DNA of 64,000 nt from Dehalococcoidia bacterium (GTDB lineage Bacteria > Chloroflexota > Dehalococcoidia > Plut-88900): positions 512,001 to 576,000 of the forward strand of contig OZ240215.1 in the NCBI GenBank assembly GCA_965197585.1. The letters run 5' to 3'. Of this stretch, positions 28,564 through 38,514 are shown piece after piece (position 1 is the first letter of the stretch; each line of letters begins with the position of its first letter). The translations under genes were made by a program, and so were the position numbers. The notes beneath the pieces were generated by a model. It searched no databases and was not told the origin of the DNA. It saw only the letters and a program-made list of their open reading frames with translations.

Positions 28564-29895
28564 ATGGTGGGAAGCACCCCCAGACTCGATTTGACAACCA
28601 ATAAGCAATGGATCGAGGCGGGGCAGCGCTGGTCCCTCAACACTTGGCAAAAGTTCCCTATCGTTCCCGCAAGGGGTCTCGGCTGCTCCCTTTGGGATGT
28701 GGAGGGTAAGGAATACCTGGACATGATGTCGGGGCAGCTCTGCGTTTCCGTCGGCCACAGCCACCCCCGACTTCTGGATGCCGTGACCCGTCAGTCGGCA
28801 CTCCTGATGCAAACGGGCTCATCCTTCACCACCCCGCAGGAAGTTGCCCTATCCAAACGCCTGTCTGAGCTTACTCCGGGGGACCTTCAGAAGCCCTTTT
28901 ACGGCTGCACGGGCTCCGACTCCGTGGAGACCGCCATCCGCATCACCCGGTTCGCCACAGGACGGCAGGAACTGATATCTTTATCCGAAAGCTATCACGG
29001 CCTTTCACTAGCTGCCTGGAGCGTCACGGGCCGCGGCTACCGTCGGGGCCACCCCGAATACGGCCCGGGCCTGCCGGGCGTCACATTTCTCCCCACCCCA
29101 AACTCCTACCGTTGCCGCTTCTGTTCACGACAGGACGGCTGTTCCCTGGCATGCTTCGACTATTCAGTCGAAATGATCGATCTCAATACCACTGGCGAAC
29201 CGGCTGCAGTGATAATCGAGCCGGTCCTCGGTGGCCCCATCGTCGTCCCGCCTCCAGGGTACATGCAAGCCCTCCGACGCTTTTGCACCGAGAGAGGCGC
29301 CCTGCTCATCATGGACGAGGCCCTCACCGGTCTGGGGCGCACAGGTAAATGGTTTGCCGCCGAGCACCACAACGTCGTCCCCGACGTCATGACCCTTTCC
29401 AAAAGCCTGGGCGGGGCCGTGCCCCTGAGCGCGACCCTCGTCTCGGAGTCCGTCGCTCGCAAGCTGGAGGAGGGAGGTTATGCTCAGAGCACCTCCCACA
29501 GCGGCGACCCCTTCCTCTGCGGCGTCGGTCTGGCCAACCTGGACATCATAGAGTCCGAGGGCCTGGTCGAAAGGGCGGAGGTTATGGGAGACTATTTTCG
29601 AACGGGCCTCGAGACTTTGCGTGACCAATACGAGATCGTTGGGGATGTGCGGGGCGTGGGCTTACTACTGGGTCTTGAAATCGTCACTGACAAATCCTCG
29701 GCTCACCCCGCCCCCGACCTGATGGACCAAATCACCAGCTACTGCCTCCAAAAGGGCCTGATACTGTTCACCACTCACGGCACGCCCGTCATCCGTCTCG
29801 CACCGCCACTAGTCATCGGCGAGCCGGAGATAGACAAGGCTCTTGCCATAATGGAGGAAGCCATACGCGCCGTATCGGAGGGTGTCGGGTCCTAG
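28564..29895 (+). CDS. Class III PLP aminotransferase (dialkylglycine decarboxylase-like)
   Basis: SGQL..SVGH, SYHG, DEALTGLGRTG, SKSLGG (PLP Lys), DVRGVGLLLG. Confidence 0.9.
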   Translation: MVGSTPRLDLTTNKQWIEAGQRWSLNTWQKFPIVPARGLGCSLWDVEGKEYLDMMSGQLCVSVGHSHPRLLDAVTRQSALLMQTGSSFTTPQEVALSKRLSELTPGDLQKPFYGCTGSDSVETAIRITRFATGRQELISLSESYHGLSLAAWSVTGRGYRRGHPEYGPGLPGVTFLPTPNSYRCRFCSRQDGCSLACFDYSVEMIDLNTTGEPAAVIIEPVLGGPIVVPPPGYMQALRRFCTERGALLIMDEALTGLGRTGKWFAAEHHNVVPDVMTLSKSLGGAVPLSATLVSESVARKLEEGGYAQSTSHSGDPFLCGVGLANLDIIESEGLVERAEVMGDYFRTGLETLRDQYEIVGDVRGVGLLLGLEIVTDKSSAHPAPDLMDQITSYCLQKGLILFTTHGTPVIRLAPPLVIGEPEIDKALAIMEEAIRAVSEGVGS

Positions 29896-29926
29896 ACCCT
29901 CATCCTCGAGAAAAAGGAGAGCCATC

Positions 29927-31696
29927 ATGACCTATCCCGGTATCGAAAGCCTTCGGCCCACTTTCATGGGAACCACCCACATGGTCGCTGCCGGCCACTA
30001 CCTTGCCGCCGAGGCCGGGTACCGCATCCTTGAGCAGGGAGGCAACGCCGTTGATGCGGGAGTTGCCGCTGGCATTGCCATCAACGTACTCCTGCCGGAG
30101 AGCACCAATTTCGGTGGCGTAACGCCTATCATGATCTATCTGGCCGCGTCTGATTCCGTGCTCACCATTAGCGGCCTGGGCCGCTGGCCCCGAGCTGCCA
30201 ACATCGACTACTTCATGGAACACTCCGGCGGCGAAATCTCCAAGGGGATCCTCCAGAGCATCGTGCCCGCCGCCCCCGATGCCTGGCTCACCGTCCTGGA
30301 ACGATATGGGACCATGACCTTCGGGGAAGTCGTTACCCCCGCCCTCCAGCTCGCCCGGGACGGATTTCCAATGAACCCCGTCACCTACGGAGGCTTGTTG
30401 GAAGATGCCGACCCGGTCAACGGCACCCTTGGCCGATGGCCCTCCACCCATGAGATTTTCATGCCCGATGGCCGAGTCCCCCCGGTTGGCAGCATATTTG
30501 TCCAGTCCGACCTAGGTCGTACCTTCCAGCGCCTCGCAGATGTAGAGGCTGCCAATGCCCACCTCGGCAGGCCTGAGGCTATACGTGCCGCACGGGACTA
30601 TTTCTACAAGGGAGACATCGCCCACGAAATGGCCCGCTTCAGTGAAGAGCAGGGCGGCCTCATTACCTACCAGGACCTCCACGACTTCACAGTGAAGGTC
30701 GAGCCCCCGGTGAACGCAAGTTTCCGGGACTACACCATCTACACTTGTGGTCCTTGGTGCCAGGGCCCGGTCGTAGGGCAGGTGCTCCAGATGCTTGAGG
30801 ACGATGACTTGGAAGCCCTGGGCCACAATTCAGCCGACTACTTGCATCTCTACACCGAGGCTATGGACCGGGCTTTCGCAGACCGCCACCACTACTACGG
30901 AGACCCCGATTTCATAGACGTACCCATCGAGGGGATATTGTCCAAGGGATATACGAGCTCCCGCCGCTCCGACATCGACATGTCCCGTGCACCGGGCCGT
31001 ATGCCCGAACCCGGCAACCCCTGGCCATTCCAGAGTCCTCCTAAGGGGGATAGGATTGTGGTCAATTCGGCAGGTGCTCAGCCTGTTCCCGTGGCCGGTG
31101 CCTCAGCCGCGGACACCAGTTACACCTGCGTCGTCGACAAATGGGGCAATGCCTTCTCTGCGACTCCCTCCGACCCCGTATCCGAAAGCCCCGTTGTTCC
31201 CGGCCTGGGCCTCGTGATGTCAGGTAGGGGTTATCAGAGCTGGCTCGACCCAGATATGCCCTCGAGCCTCGGGCCCTGGAAGCGTCCTCGCCTCACCCCC
31301 AACCCCGCCATAGCCTTCAAGAACGGCAAACTCTTCATGCCTTTCGGCTGCCCCGGCGGCGACGCACAGCCCCAGGGAATGATCCAGACTTTCCTCAATA
31401 TCGCCGTTTTCGGAATGAGGCCCCAGCAGGCCATAGAAGCGCCCAGGGTCACGTCCTGGAATTACCCCAACTCCTTCTGGCCCCACACCTACCTCCCGGG
31501 AAGGCTACGGGTCGAGGGTCGGATATCCGCCGAGATCCGCGCTGAACTCCAAAGAAGAGGCCATGACGTCGAAACCCTACACGAGTGGTCCCAGGCCCAC
31601 ACCTCTTCGGTCTCCGCAATAGTAGTTGACCACGAAAACGGCGTTTTGCTGGGAGGAGCAGACCCCCGCCGCGAGACCTACGTCATGGGTCGCTGA
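29927..31696 (+). CDS. Gamma-glutamyltransferase family Ntn-hydrolase
   Basis: GGNAVDAGVA, AFADR..YYGDP, nucleophile DTSY, PGGDAQPQ, GADPRR. Confidence 0.93.
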   Translation: MTYPGIESLRPTFMGTTHMVAAGHYLAAEAGYRILEQGGNAVDAGVAAGIAINVLLPESTNFGGVTPIMIYLAASDSVLTISGLGRWPRAANIDYFMEHSGGEISKGILQSIVPAAPDAWLTVLERYGTMTFGEVVTPALQLARDGFPMNPVTYGGLLEDADPVNGTLGRWPSTHEIFMPDGRVPPVGSIFVQSDLGRTFQRLADVEAANAHLGRPEAIRAARDYFYKGDIAHEMARFSEEQGGLITYQDLHDFTVKVEPPVNASFRDYTIYTCGPWCQGPVVGQVLQMLEDDDLEALGHNSADYLHLYTEAMDRAFADRHHYYGDPDFIDVPIEGILSKGYTSSRRSDIDMSRAPGRMPEPGNPWPFQSPPKGDRIVVNSAGAQPVPVAGASAADTSYTCVVDKWGNAFSATPSDPVSESPVVPGLGLVMSGRGYQSWLDPDMPSSLGPWKRPRLTPNPAIAFKNGKLFMPFGCPGGDAQPQGMIQTFLNIAVFGMRPQQAIEAPRVTSWNYPNSFWPHTYLPGRLRVEGRISAEIRAELQRRGHDVETLHEWSQAHTSSVSAIVVDHENGVLLGGADPRRETYVMGR

Positions 31697-33404
31697 GCTG
31701 TCTCGCCATCCGGCGTCTAACGGACCAGACCGTGCCCAGCAAAATCCCTGCCCCGATAAGAACTAGAACGGACACCGCTGCCATCATGGGGGCAAACTCA
31801 GCGGTTCTGCCTGCCCACATGTTCATTGGAAGGGTCTGGAAGTCCCGTGTCTTCAGGATCAGTGCCACTATCACTTCGTTGAACGACACCAGGAAGGCCA
31901 AAAAACCCGCGAGGGCCAGACCTGGGTATATCTGGGGCAGCAGTATTCGACGCAGTGTCGTCAGCCGATTCGCTCCCAGGCTCATAGCCACCCGCTCTTG
32001 AATCGGGTCTATGCTCCGAAGCGTAGCCGTCAGGATTATGATCACGTAGGGAAGGGCGAGTACCGTGTGCGGTATTACCATGCCTGGTGTAGTCCCCAGC
32101 AGGTGCCGAAGCACCGTGCTGTAGAAGTACAGGTGGAATATCGCCCCCGCGGTCACAACTGTCGGCACTATCAATGGCGCGATGAAGAAGCTGTTGATCA
32201 GCCCTCTACCCGGCAGCCGAGACCGCACGAGTGCATACGAGACTATGCCTCCCAACGCCAGTGAAAACGCTACTACCAACACTGCTATTTCCACACTTCT
32301 CACCGTGGCACCGAACCAATGAAGCAGGGGGTCTGCCGAGGTGAAGTACTCCCCGTACCACTTAAAAGAAAACTCCCGAGGCGGGAATCTGATGAAGGAC
32401 GAGGCACTGAAGGACAGGAATACCACCGCCACGGGCGGCAGAAGTAGGTAAGCGCAGATCAACCCCACCCCACCCCCGAGCAGAAATCGTCGCCCCGATG
32501 GCCGCCCCTGCTCCTCTCCCTTTAGGCCCGTCAATGCCTCCCCCGCTTGGTACAAAGGCCTGAATCCGACCCATCGCACAAACGCCAGATAGAGTATCAA
32601 GACCCCTGCCAGGGTGACCATCGCCAGCGCTGAATTGAACTGGCCCCCGCCCCGTAGATGTGACGCGATCCCTCGCTGCGGGATATTCCCCAAGATATCG
32701 GGGGCCGCAAATGACCCGATGGTCAGCACCGCAACCAGTAGAATCCCCGCCCAAACTCCCGGCATGCTTAGCGGTAAGTACACCCTCAAGAAGGCTCGCA
32801 GGGGCCCGGCGCCGAGGGTTTGGGCCACCATCATGAACGCCCTTGGGATTCCCCGCATGCCTGCATAAATGCATAGCACCATGAACGGGAGCAGGGTCTG
32901 GACCATGCTGATTTCGACCGCTAAGCTGGTAAACAGAATTTCCAGCGGCTCGTCGATGATGCCGAGGCCTGTCAGCGACTCATTTATCCAGCCCCTTCGC
33001 CCAAGTATCACCCTCCACACTGAGGTCTGCGCCACGAAGTGGGTGAGAAATGGCACCACTACTGCAATCAGGACCAGCGTCCGCCTCCAGCCCGTGCTCG
33101 ATGCCAGGTAGTAGGCCAATGGGTAACCTAAGATCAGGCAGAACCCGGTGGTGACTATCGTCTGCTCGATGGTTATCTCCCACCAGTTCCGGGCTATCTG
33201 GCCAAAGATGGCCTTGTCGTACAGCTCAAGAGTGAAAGGTCCCCGACCACCAAAACTGGCTTCCAGAACCTGCACCAAGGGCCATATGAAGAAAATCGCC
33301 AGCAGCAGAATCACCGGCGAAAGTAGTAGCAGCGTGTTTCCCTCCCACCGCCTCCACCCCTCTATAAGGCGCGCTTTACCACTCTCCCACCTAATCCCGT
33401 TCAC
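31683..33404 (-). CDS. Fused PotB/PotC-type ABC importer permease
   Basis: Two permease halves, each with an EAA-like loop (AQTLGA; AMSLGA); GYPLAY, SFNEV. Confidence 0.88.
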   Translation of the reverse strand: MNGIRWESGKARLIEGWRRWEGNTLLLLSPVILLLAIFFIWPLVQVLEASFGGRGPFTLELYDKAIFGQIARNWWEITIEQTIVTTGFCLILGYPLAYYLASSTGWRRTLVLIAVVVPFLTHFVAQTSVWRVILGRRGWINESLTGLGIIDEPLEILFTSLAVEISMVQTLLPFMVLCIYAGMRGIPRAFMMVAQTLGAGPLRAFLRVYLPLSMPGVWAGILLVAVLTIGSFAAPDILGNIPQRGIASHLRGGGQFNSALAMVTLAGVLILYLAFVRWVGFRPLYQAGEALTGLKGEEQGRPSGRRFLLGGGVGLICAYLLLPPVAVVFLSFSASSFIRFPPREFSFKWYGEYFTSADPLLHWFGATVRSVEIAVLVVAFSLALGGIVSYALVRSRLPGRGLINSFFIAPLIVPTVVTAGAIFHLYFYSTVLRHLLGTTPGMVIPHTVLALPYVIIILTATLRSIDPIQERVAMSLGANRLTTLRRILLPQIYPGLALAGFLAFLVSFNEVIVALILKTRDFQTLPMNMWAGRTAEFAPMMAAVSVLVLIGAGILLGTVWSVRRRMARQLSDP

Positions 33405-33582
33405 AGCCTGTCTTACAGATCCGAAGACAGCCGACCTCCACTCTGATATTCCTGTCTCTTATCCGACTCCGATTATTTCTGCGACTACTGTAGAGACTGG
33501 TCAGCGTGCTGACAACAGTTGGAAAGTATACGGGCAATTTCGCTCACGGGGCGTGACCTGAGTTTCGGGGAGTGTGAGTAAG

Positions 33583-33619
33583 AGCATCGGGCGGTTGGAT
33601 TAGCCAACCGCCCGATGCT
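33583..33619. terminator. Perfect 16-bp hairpin downstream of the ABC operon
   Basis: AGCATCGGGCGGTTGG-ATTAG-CCAACCGCCCGATGCT. Confidence 0.6.
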
Positions 33620-33665
33620 TCATTTCAAAAGGCCGAAGGAGAGAATATACTCTTCTCCAGGTGCG

Positions 33666-34586
33666 TTACGACCTTATTTCCTCACGCATGAACTTCGTGT
33701 ACGAGACTGCCAGGAACACAACCACCACCGATATCATAGCCACGATGTGAGGCCACACCAGCCGCAAGCTCTGGACTGCCGATATCGGACTGCTCAACAG
33801 ACCAGATGTCTGCTCCTGCAGCAGCACCCCTAGACTACGGACTGTCGGGTTCAACAATGTGTCCGACGCCTCCGTAAACAGGAACGATGGAGAAATACGC
33901 GATATCCACGTTTCCAGGTTGAAGTGTTCAATAGCCAATTCCTGGCTATCCACTTCCCCGACGAAGAAGTCTGCCACTGCTCCCGCAACCAGAATCAGGA
34001 AGAACGTGGAAAGCAACCACAGCCCTATCGCTACCATCGCTGAGACTACCGTGCTCCTGAAGAATATCGAGCACGACATTGAGACAGCGAGCCACAGGCC
34101 CAGGTACGCTATCGAAACGATGGCGAACCCTATTAAGCGGACTATCTCCTCGCCGTCCGGGACTATCCCCAGGGAAGCCATCGTAGCCCCGACAATCGCC
34201 AGTATCGTCGATACTTGAATAACGGCTAAGGTGGTAAGTCCTGCCAAAAACTTTCCGTTGTACACCTCATCCCGGTGCACGGGCTGGGACAGGATCCTGG
34301 CCAATGTGCCCTGGGACCGTTCGCTATTGATGCTGTCGAACCCCAGGATTATCCCTGCCAGTGGCCCGAAGAAGCTGATGAAGAAGAGTAGTGACGGGAG
34401 CACGTCGCTGCTCGATGAGAAGACCCTCAGGAACAGGAACTCTTCCCGGCTGCTAGCCGCTTTTTCCACCGTCCCGAATATCACTGAAAGGGCCCAGATT
34501 ATCGCAAGGAATACCAAGGCCAACAGGAAGACGAATCTCCTCCTGCCGAAGTGATCGGCCATCTCTTTCCAGAAGATAGCTATCAT
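33666..34586 (-). CDS. ABC-2 type permease (NosY-like)
   Basis: KEMADH, LGFDSINSERSQGTLARILSQP, GKFLAG. Confidence 0.9.
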   Translation of the reverse strand: MIAIFWKEMADHFGRRRFVFLLALVFLAIIWALSVIFGTVEKAASSREEFLFLRVFSSSSDVLPSLLFFISFFGPLAGIILGFDSINSERSQGTLARILSQPVHRDEVYNGKFLAGLTTLAVIQVSTILAIVGATMASLGIVPDGEEIVRLIGFAIVSIAYLGLWLAVSMSCSIFFRSTVVSAMVAIGLWLLSTFFLILVAGAVADFFVGEVDSQELAIEHFNLETWISRISPSFLFTEASDTLLNPTVRSLGVLLQEQTSGLLSSPISAVQSLRLVWPHIVAMISVVVVFLAVSYTKFMREEIRS

Positions 34587-34587
34587 G

Positions 34588-35517
34588 CTAGACTTCCTGG
34601 AAATACCTCAGGTAAATTTCTTCCAGACTCCGATTGCGGGTCTGCAACTGGAGCAGGTCCACATTCTGAGCCTGCACCACGGATAGAGCCTGTATTCGAA
34701 CCTGTTCTTTGGATGACACCGTAATCATGTTACCCAGCGCCTCGCACCGTTCTACCGTCGGTAATCCCCGTAACGCTTCCAACAACTGTGGCGTCACTTT
34801 GTCCACTTCCAGATCGAGTTGATAACCTTCTTCCTGCCGGTTCATCAGTTCGTCAACCGGCCCCTCCAGTACCATCTTCCCGTGGGACATTATCCCGACT
34901 CGGTTGCATATCCGCTGTACTTCGTGGAGGCGGTGGGAGGATATGAACACGGTTATCCCCTGCTCGTCGCTCATCTCTTTGATCAGTTGCAAAAGCCAAT
35001 TGACTCCGGCCGGGTCCAGGCCCAGTGTGGGGTCGTCCAATATCACCAGCTGAGGCTGCTTAAGCAGGACGTCGGCCAACCCCAGCCGCTGCCGCATTCC
35101 CCTCGAGTATTGGCCCACAGGCTGGCTGGGCGCTGCAGACAGTTCAACCTGCTCGAGTAAGTCATCTATGCGCCGGTCGCTGTCGTCCCGCGGCATGCTG
35201 TTCAGACGCGCCGTGTACTGCAAATTCTCCCGGCCAGACAGGTCGTTATAGAATCCTATCGACTCCGGCAGATACCCTATGTTCCTTTTCACGGCCAGCG
35301 GGTTACGAGTCGGGTCGAAACCCGACACTCGTGCCCACCCTTCCGTCGGCTCAGTAAGCCCGAGGATCATTAGTATCGTCGTGCTCTTCCCGGACCCGTT
35401 CGGCCCCAGGAAGCCGAATACTTCTCCTTCTTCCAGTCTCAGGTCAAGACTGTCGACGGCGGTGAAGTTTCCGTACTTCTTGGTCAGTCCTTCGGTCTCG
35501 ATTATCGGTCCGCTCAT
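34588..35517 (-). CDS. ABC transporter ATP-binding protein
   Basis: GPNGSGKS, YSRGMRQR, ILDDPT (Walker B Glu replaced by Asp), SSH. Confidence 0.93.
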   Translation of the reverse strand: MSGPIIETEGLTKKYGNFTAVDSLDLRLEEGEVFGFLGPNGSGKSTTILMILGLTEPTEGWARVSGFDPTRNPLAVKRNIGYLPESIGFYNDLSGRENLQYTARLNSMPRDDSDRRIDDLLEQVELSAAPSQPVGQYSRGMRQRLGLADVLLKQPQLVILDDPTLGLDPAGVNWLLQLIKEMSDEQGITVFISSHRLHEVQRICNRVGIMSHGKMVLEGPVDELMNRQEEGYQLDLEVDKVTPQLLEALRGLPTVERCEALGNMITVSSKEQVRIQALSVVQAQNVDLLQLQTRNRSLEEIYLRYFQEV

Positions 35518-36740
35518 CGCCTGCCCAGCCGCACGAACATTCCAACCAGGGCTATGACTACCGCAACCAGTATGCCAATTCCAACCCACTGCCAGATCGT
35601 CGACTTCTCAACCGTTATTCTCAACGAGACCTGGTCCTGCACGTCGTTGTTGCGAGCTCGCAGGGTGACCAGGTAGTCACCGGGAACCGCGTCGCCCGGG
35701 GGCGTGATGGTCAACGGCACGTCGATCCGGTTGTTTACGGGCAGCGACTCCACGTTCGCAGTCTGGTACTCGATTTCCCAGCCGGCGGGGGTGTCTGCGA
35801 TCAGCCGCAGATTCTCGATGTCAGCGGTGCCGGTGTTCACCATGCGCACCGTCGCCGCTTGTGCGCTGCCTGCATCTGCGTTCACGTTCAGCCGTCCGTC
35901 GGGAGTGGTCATGAAAACGTCGAAGGCGCCGGTGAGAGTCACCTGCAGGGGCACCTCCTTAACGTAGATCTCCTCCTCATCCGACATCCGGACCAGAATC
36001 GGGTAATCTCCCGCCGGTGCCAGCGCCGGGGGGAATACCCGCACCTTAATCCGCTGGTTCAGCTGCGCCACTATGCTTACGTTAGTTATCAACCTCTCCG
36101 CCCCGAATGCCGGGAGGAACTGCACCGTCCACCCCTGCGGGAACAATGCGCCCAGGTTGAGAGATACGTCCTCGGGTGTATTGTTCACAACAGCCATCTC
36201 AAACTCGAAGAGGGTGGAAGTCGGCCCGCTCAGGAAGGGGTAGCTGGCCGTTACCGTGACCTGCCCCGGGTCTGCAGGTTCGCCCTCCACTCTCTGTACT
36301 CTCAGCGTTTTCTCTACCAGGACATCCCCAGACCCCGAAGTAGCCTGCATAGTTAGTGTAAAGTCTGCGGCGCTCTGGTCTCTCGGGCCACGGATCCGCA
36401 GCTGCAAGTCCGTACGCTGTCCCGCATCCAGCAAAATGCTCGTTATGAGAAAGCTCCCGACCCTGGGCCTGAATTTAGCGGTCCAGTCTGCCGGCATCCC
36501 GCTAGCTTCCAAGTTGACAAGCATTGGTCCGTCTGTGCCGTTGCACAACACGGTGTCCAGGTTTGCTGTGGTGGTTATAGCCTCAAGGCTGATACCCGTT
36601 GCCGGGAGCTCCAGGGTGATCCCTGCAGGGCACGGCTCTACCTCCTCTTCCGCATCCTGCGCTAACGCCGCCGAGGGCAGCGCAAGCGTCAGGGCCAGAA
36701 TTATCAACAGGACTGATGTAAACAAATACCTAGAGAGCAT
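35514..36740 (-). CDS. Secreted, C-terminally anchored Ig-like (NEW3-domain) protein
   Basis: Signal peptide (AALA-QD), three repeats with P.GW and PP..A..GDY motifs, C-terminal TM ending GRR; GGAGG SD. Confidence 0.8.
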   Translation of the reverse strand: MLSRYLFTSVLLIILALTLALPSAALAQDAEEEVEPCPAGITLELPATGISLEAITTTANLDTVLCNGTDGPMLVNLEASGMPADWTAKFRPRVGSFLITSILLDAGQRTDLQLRIRGPRDQSAADFTLTMQATSGSGDVLVEKTLRVQRVEGEPADPGQVTVTASYPFLSGPTSTLFEFEMAVVNNTPEDVSLNLGALFPQGWTVQFLPAFGAERLITNVSIVAQLNQRIKVRVFPPALAPAGDYPILVRMSDEEEIYVKEVPLQVTLTGAFDVFMTTPDGRLNVNADAGSAQAATVRMVNTGTADIENLRLIADTPAGWEIEYQTANVESLPVNNRIDVPLTITPPGDAVPGDYLVTLRARNNDVQDQVSLRITVEKSTIWQWVGIGILVAVVIALVGMFVRLGRR

Positions 36741-36961
36741 GGTCCCTCCTACTAAGACCCCACCAATCAAGACAACCGCCACCCATCCCAAGTGTCCGAG
36801 TATTATTTAAGCTGTATGTCAACGCTACTTCAACACCGCTCACGTCCCTATAACGTTTTAGCGCGCTAATAGTTACGGCTTTATTTGTTGATTTTTGACT
36901 TAAGAAGCGCCAGATTGTGAGTCTTCGGCTCGAAATCGACTTTGCGGTCCAGTCACTATTG

Positions 36962-36989
36962 AGTATAACTAGCCTTCTTTGCCTGTCAA
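36962..36989 (-). promoter_or_regulatory. sigma70-type promoter for the NEW3/ABC operon
   Basis: TTGACA-16 bp-TATACT on the minus strand. Confidence 0.6.
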
Positions 36990-37140
36990 GCTACATTAAA
37001 AAGCAATATGGGTTCGCAACTTCAAGCAACGCGTAGCATCCTCTAATGCTTAAAATCGTGTGCTGGGGTGGGGGGAGGGGCGCACCCGTGTTATACTCCC
37101 CGACGGCCCGGACCCGAGACCGAATACGAAAGGACCTAAG

Positions 37141-38433
37141 GTGCCAGTAGTAGCAATCGTCGGCGCCCAATGGGGCGACGAAGGCAAAGGTAAAATCGTC
37201 GATCTCCTCTCTGAGGATGCCGACTTTATAGTCAGGTACGGCGGCGGTAACAACGCCGGCCACACCGTTATGAACGCCTATGGGGAATTCAAGCTCCACA
37301 TGGTTCCCGCAGGTGTATTTAACCCGAAGGCCACCTGCGTGCTTGCCAACGGCGTCGTAATCCACCCTCCGGCTCTTCTCTCAGAAATCAAAGACCTGGA
37401 AGACCATCGCGTAGACCTAACGCCGGGCAAGCGTCTCCTTATTAGCGACCGCGCCCACCTCATCATGCCCTACCACATCCTTCTAGACGAGTTGGAGGAA
37501 GCGGCCCGAGGGGCAAAGGCCATTGGCACTACCAAAAAGGGCATTGGCCCAGCTTACATGGACAAGACCGGCCGACTCGGAATCCGTGTCGGGGAACTCC
37601 TGGACCCCGACCCCTTCCGCGAACGCTTGGAAGAAGCCCTCAATTACAAGAATACCCTGCTCACCAAGCTCTACGGTGTCGATCCCCTGTCCCTTGATGA
37701 CATATTCGAAGAATACTGTGCCTACGGCGAAAGACTTCGGCCCTTTATAGGACAGACCGAGATCGCAATCCGCAAAGCCGCAGAGGAAGACGCTCTTGTC
37801 ATCATGGAGGGCGCCCAGGGCGCCCTGCTGGACCCCGACTTCGGGACCTATCCCTTCGTCACCTCGTCAGCGCCCATAGCTGCAGGCTCTGCCCAAGGCG
37901 CTGGACTGAGCCCAAGAATGGTCGGCTCTGTGATTGGCGTTTATAAGAGCTACTCGACTCGGGTGGGGACCGGACCCTTCCCTACCGAGCTCTTGGATGA
38001 GATTGGCCATCACATTCGCGAAAAGGCCGTCGAGTACGGCACTACCACCGGCCGCCCCCGGCGATGCGGATGGTTTGACGCCGTTCTGGGCCGCTATTCT
38101 TCCATGATCAACGGCTACACCTCAGTCGCCCTGACCCGTTTGGACGTCCTGGATGAAATGGAGACCCTCAAGATTTGTACTGGCTACCGGCTTAATGGCT
38201 CCGTGCTCACCGACCCTCCAGCCAGTGCTGCGGCACTGGCCAAGTGTCAGCCCGTATACGAAGAGCTTCCAGGTTGGCTCACCTCCACCCGAGAAGCACG
38301 CAGCTTTGAGGACTTGCCCCCGCAGGCCCGACAATACGTAGAGCGGATCCAGGAACTAATCTCCGCGCCCATCGATCTGATCGCCGTGGGGCCCCGCCGC
38401 GAGGAGTCCATCTTCCTCCGCCCTCTTCCCTGA
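37141..38433 (+). CDS. purA: Adenylosuccinate synthetase
   Basis: GAQWGDEGKGK, GGNNAGHT, EGAQG, GTYPFVTSS, TTGRPRRCGW. Confidence 0.98.
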   Translation: MPVVAIVGAQWGDEGKGKIVDLLSEDADFIVRYGGGNNAGHTVMNAYGEFKLHMVPAGVFNPKATCVLANGVVIHPPALLSEIKDLEDHRVDLTPGKRLLISDRAHLIMPYHILLDELEEAARGAKAIGTTKKGIGPAYMDKTGRLGIRVGELLDPDPFRERLEEALNYKNTLLTKLYGVDPLSLDDIFEEYCAYGERLRPFIGQTEIAIRKAAEEDALVIMEGAQGALLDPDFGTYPFVTSSAPIAAGSAQGAGLSPRMVGSVIGVYKSYSTRVGTGPFPTELLDEIGHHIREKAVEYGTTTGRPRRCGWFDAVLGRYSSMINGYTSVALTRLDVLDEMETLKICTGYRLNGSVLTDPPASAAALAKCQPVYEELPGWLTSTREARSFEDLPPQARQYVERIQELISAPIDLIAVGPRREESIFLRPLP

Positions 38434-38464
38434 CCCAACATCTACTCCAACATTCCGAAAACGA

Positions 38465-38493
38465 CGAAGGGGCCGGCATTGCCGACCCCTTCG
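38465..38493. terminator. Probable bidirectional terminator between convergent purA and dapA
   Basis: CGAAGGGG-c-CGGCA/TGCCG-a-CCCCTTCG flanked by A-rich and T-rich tracts. Confidence 0.7.
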
Positions 38494-38514
38494 GTGCTTT
38501 ATCTATCCTTTTGC

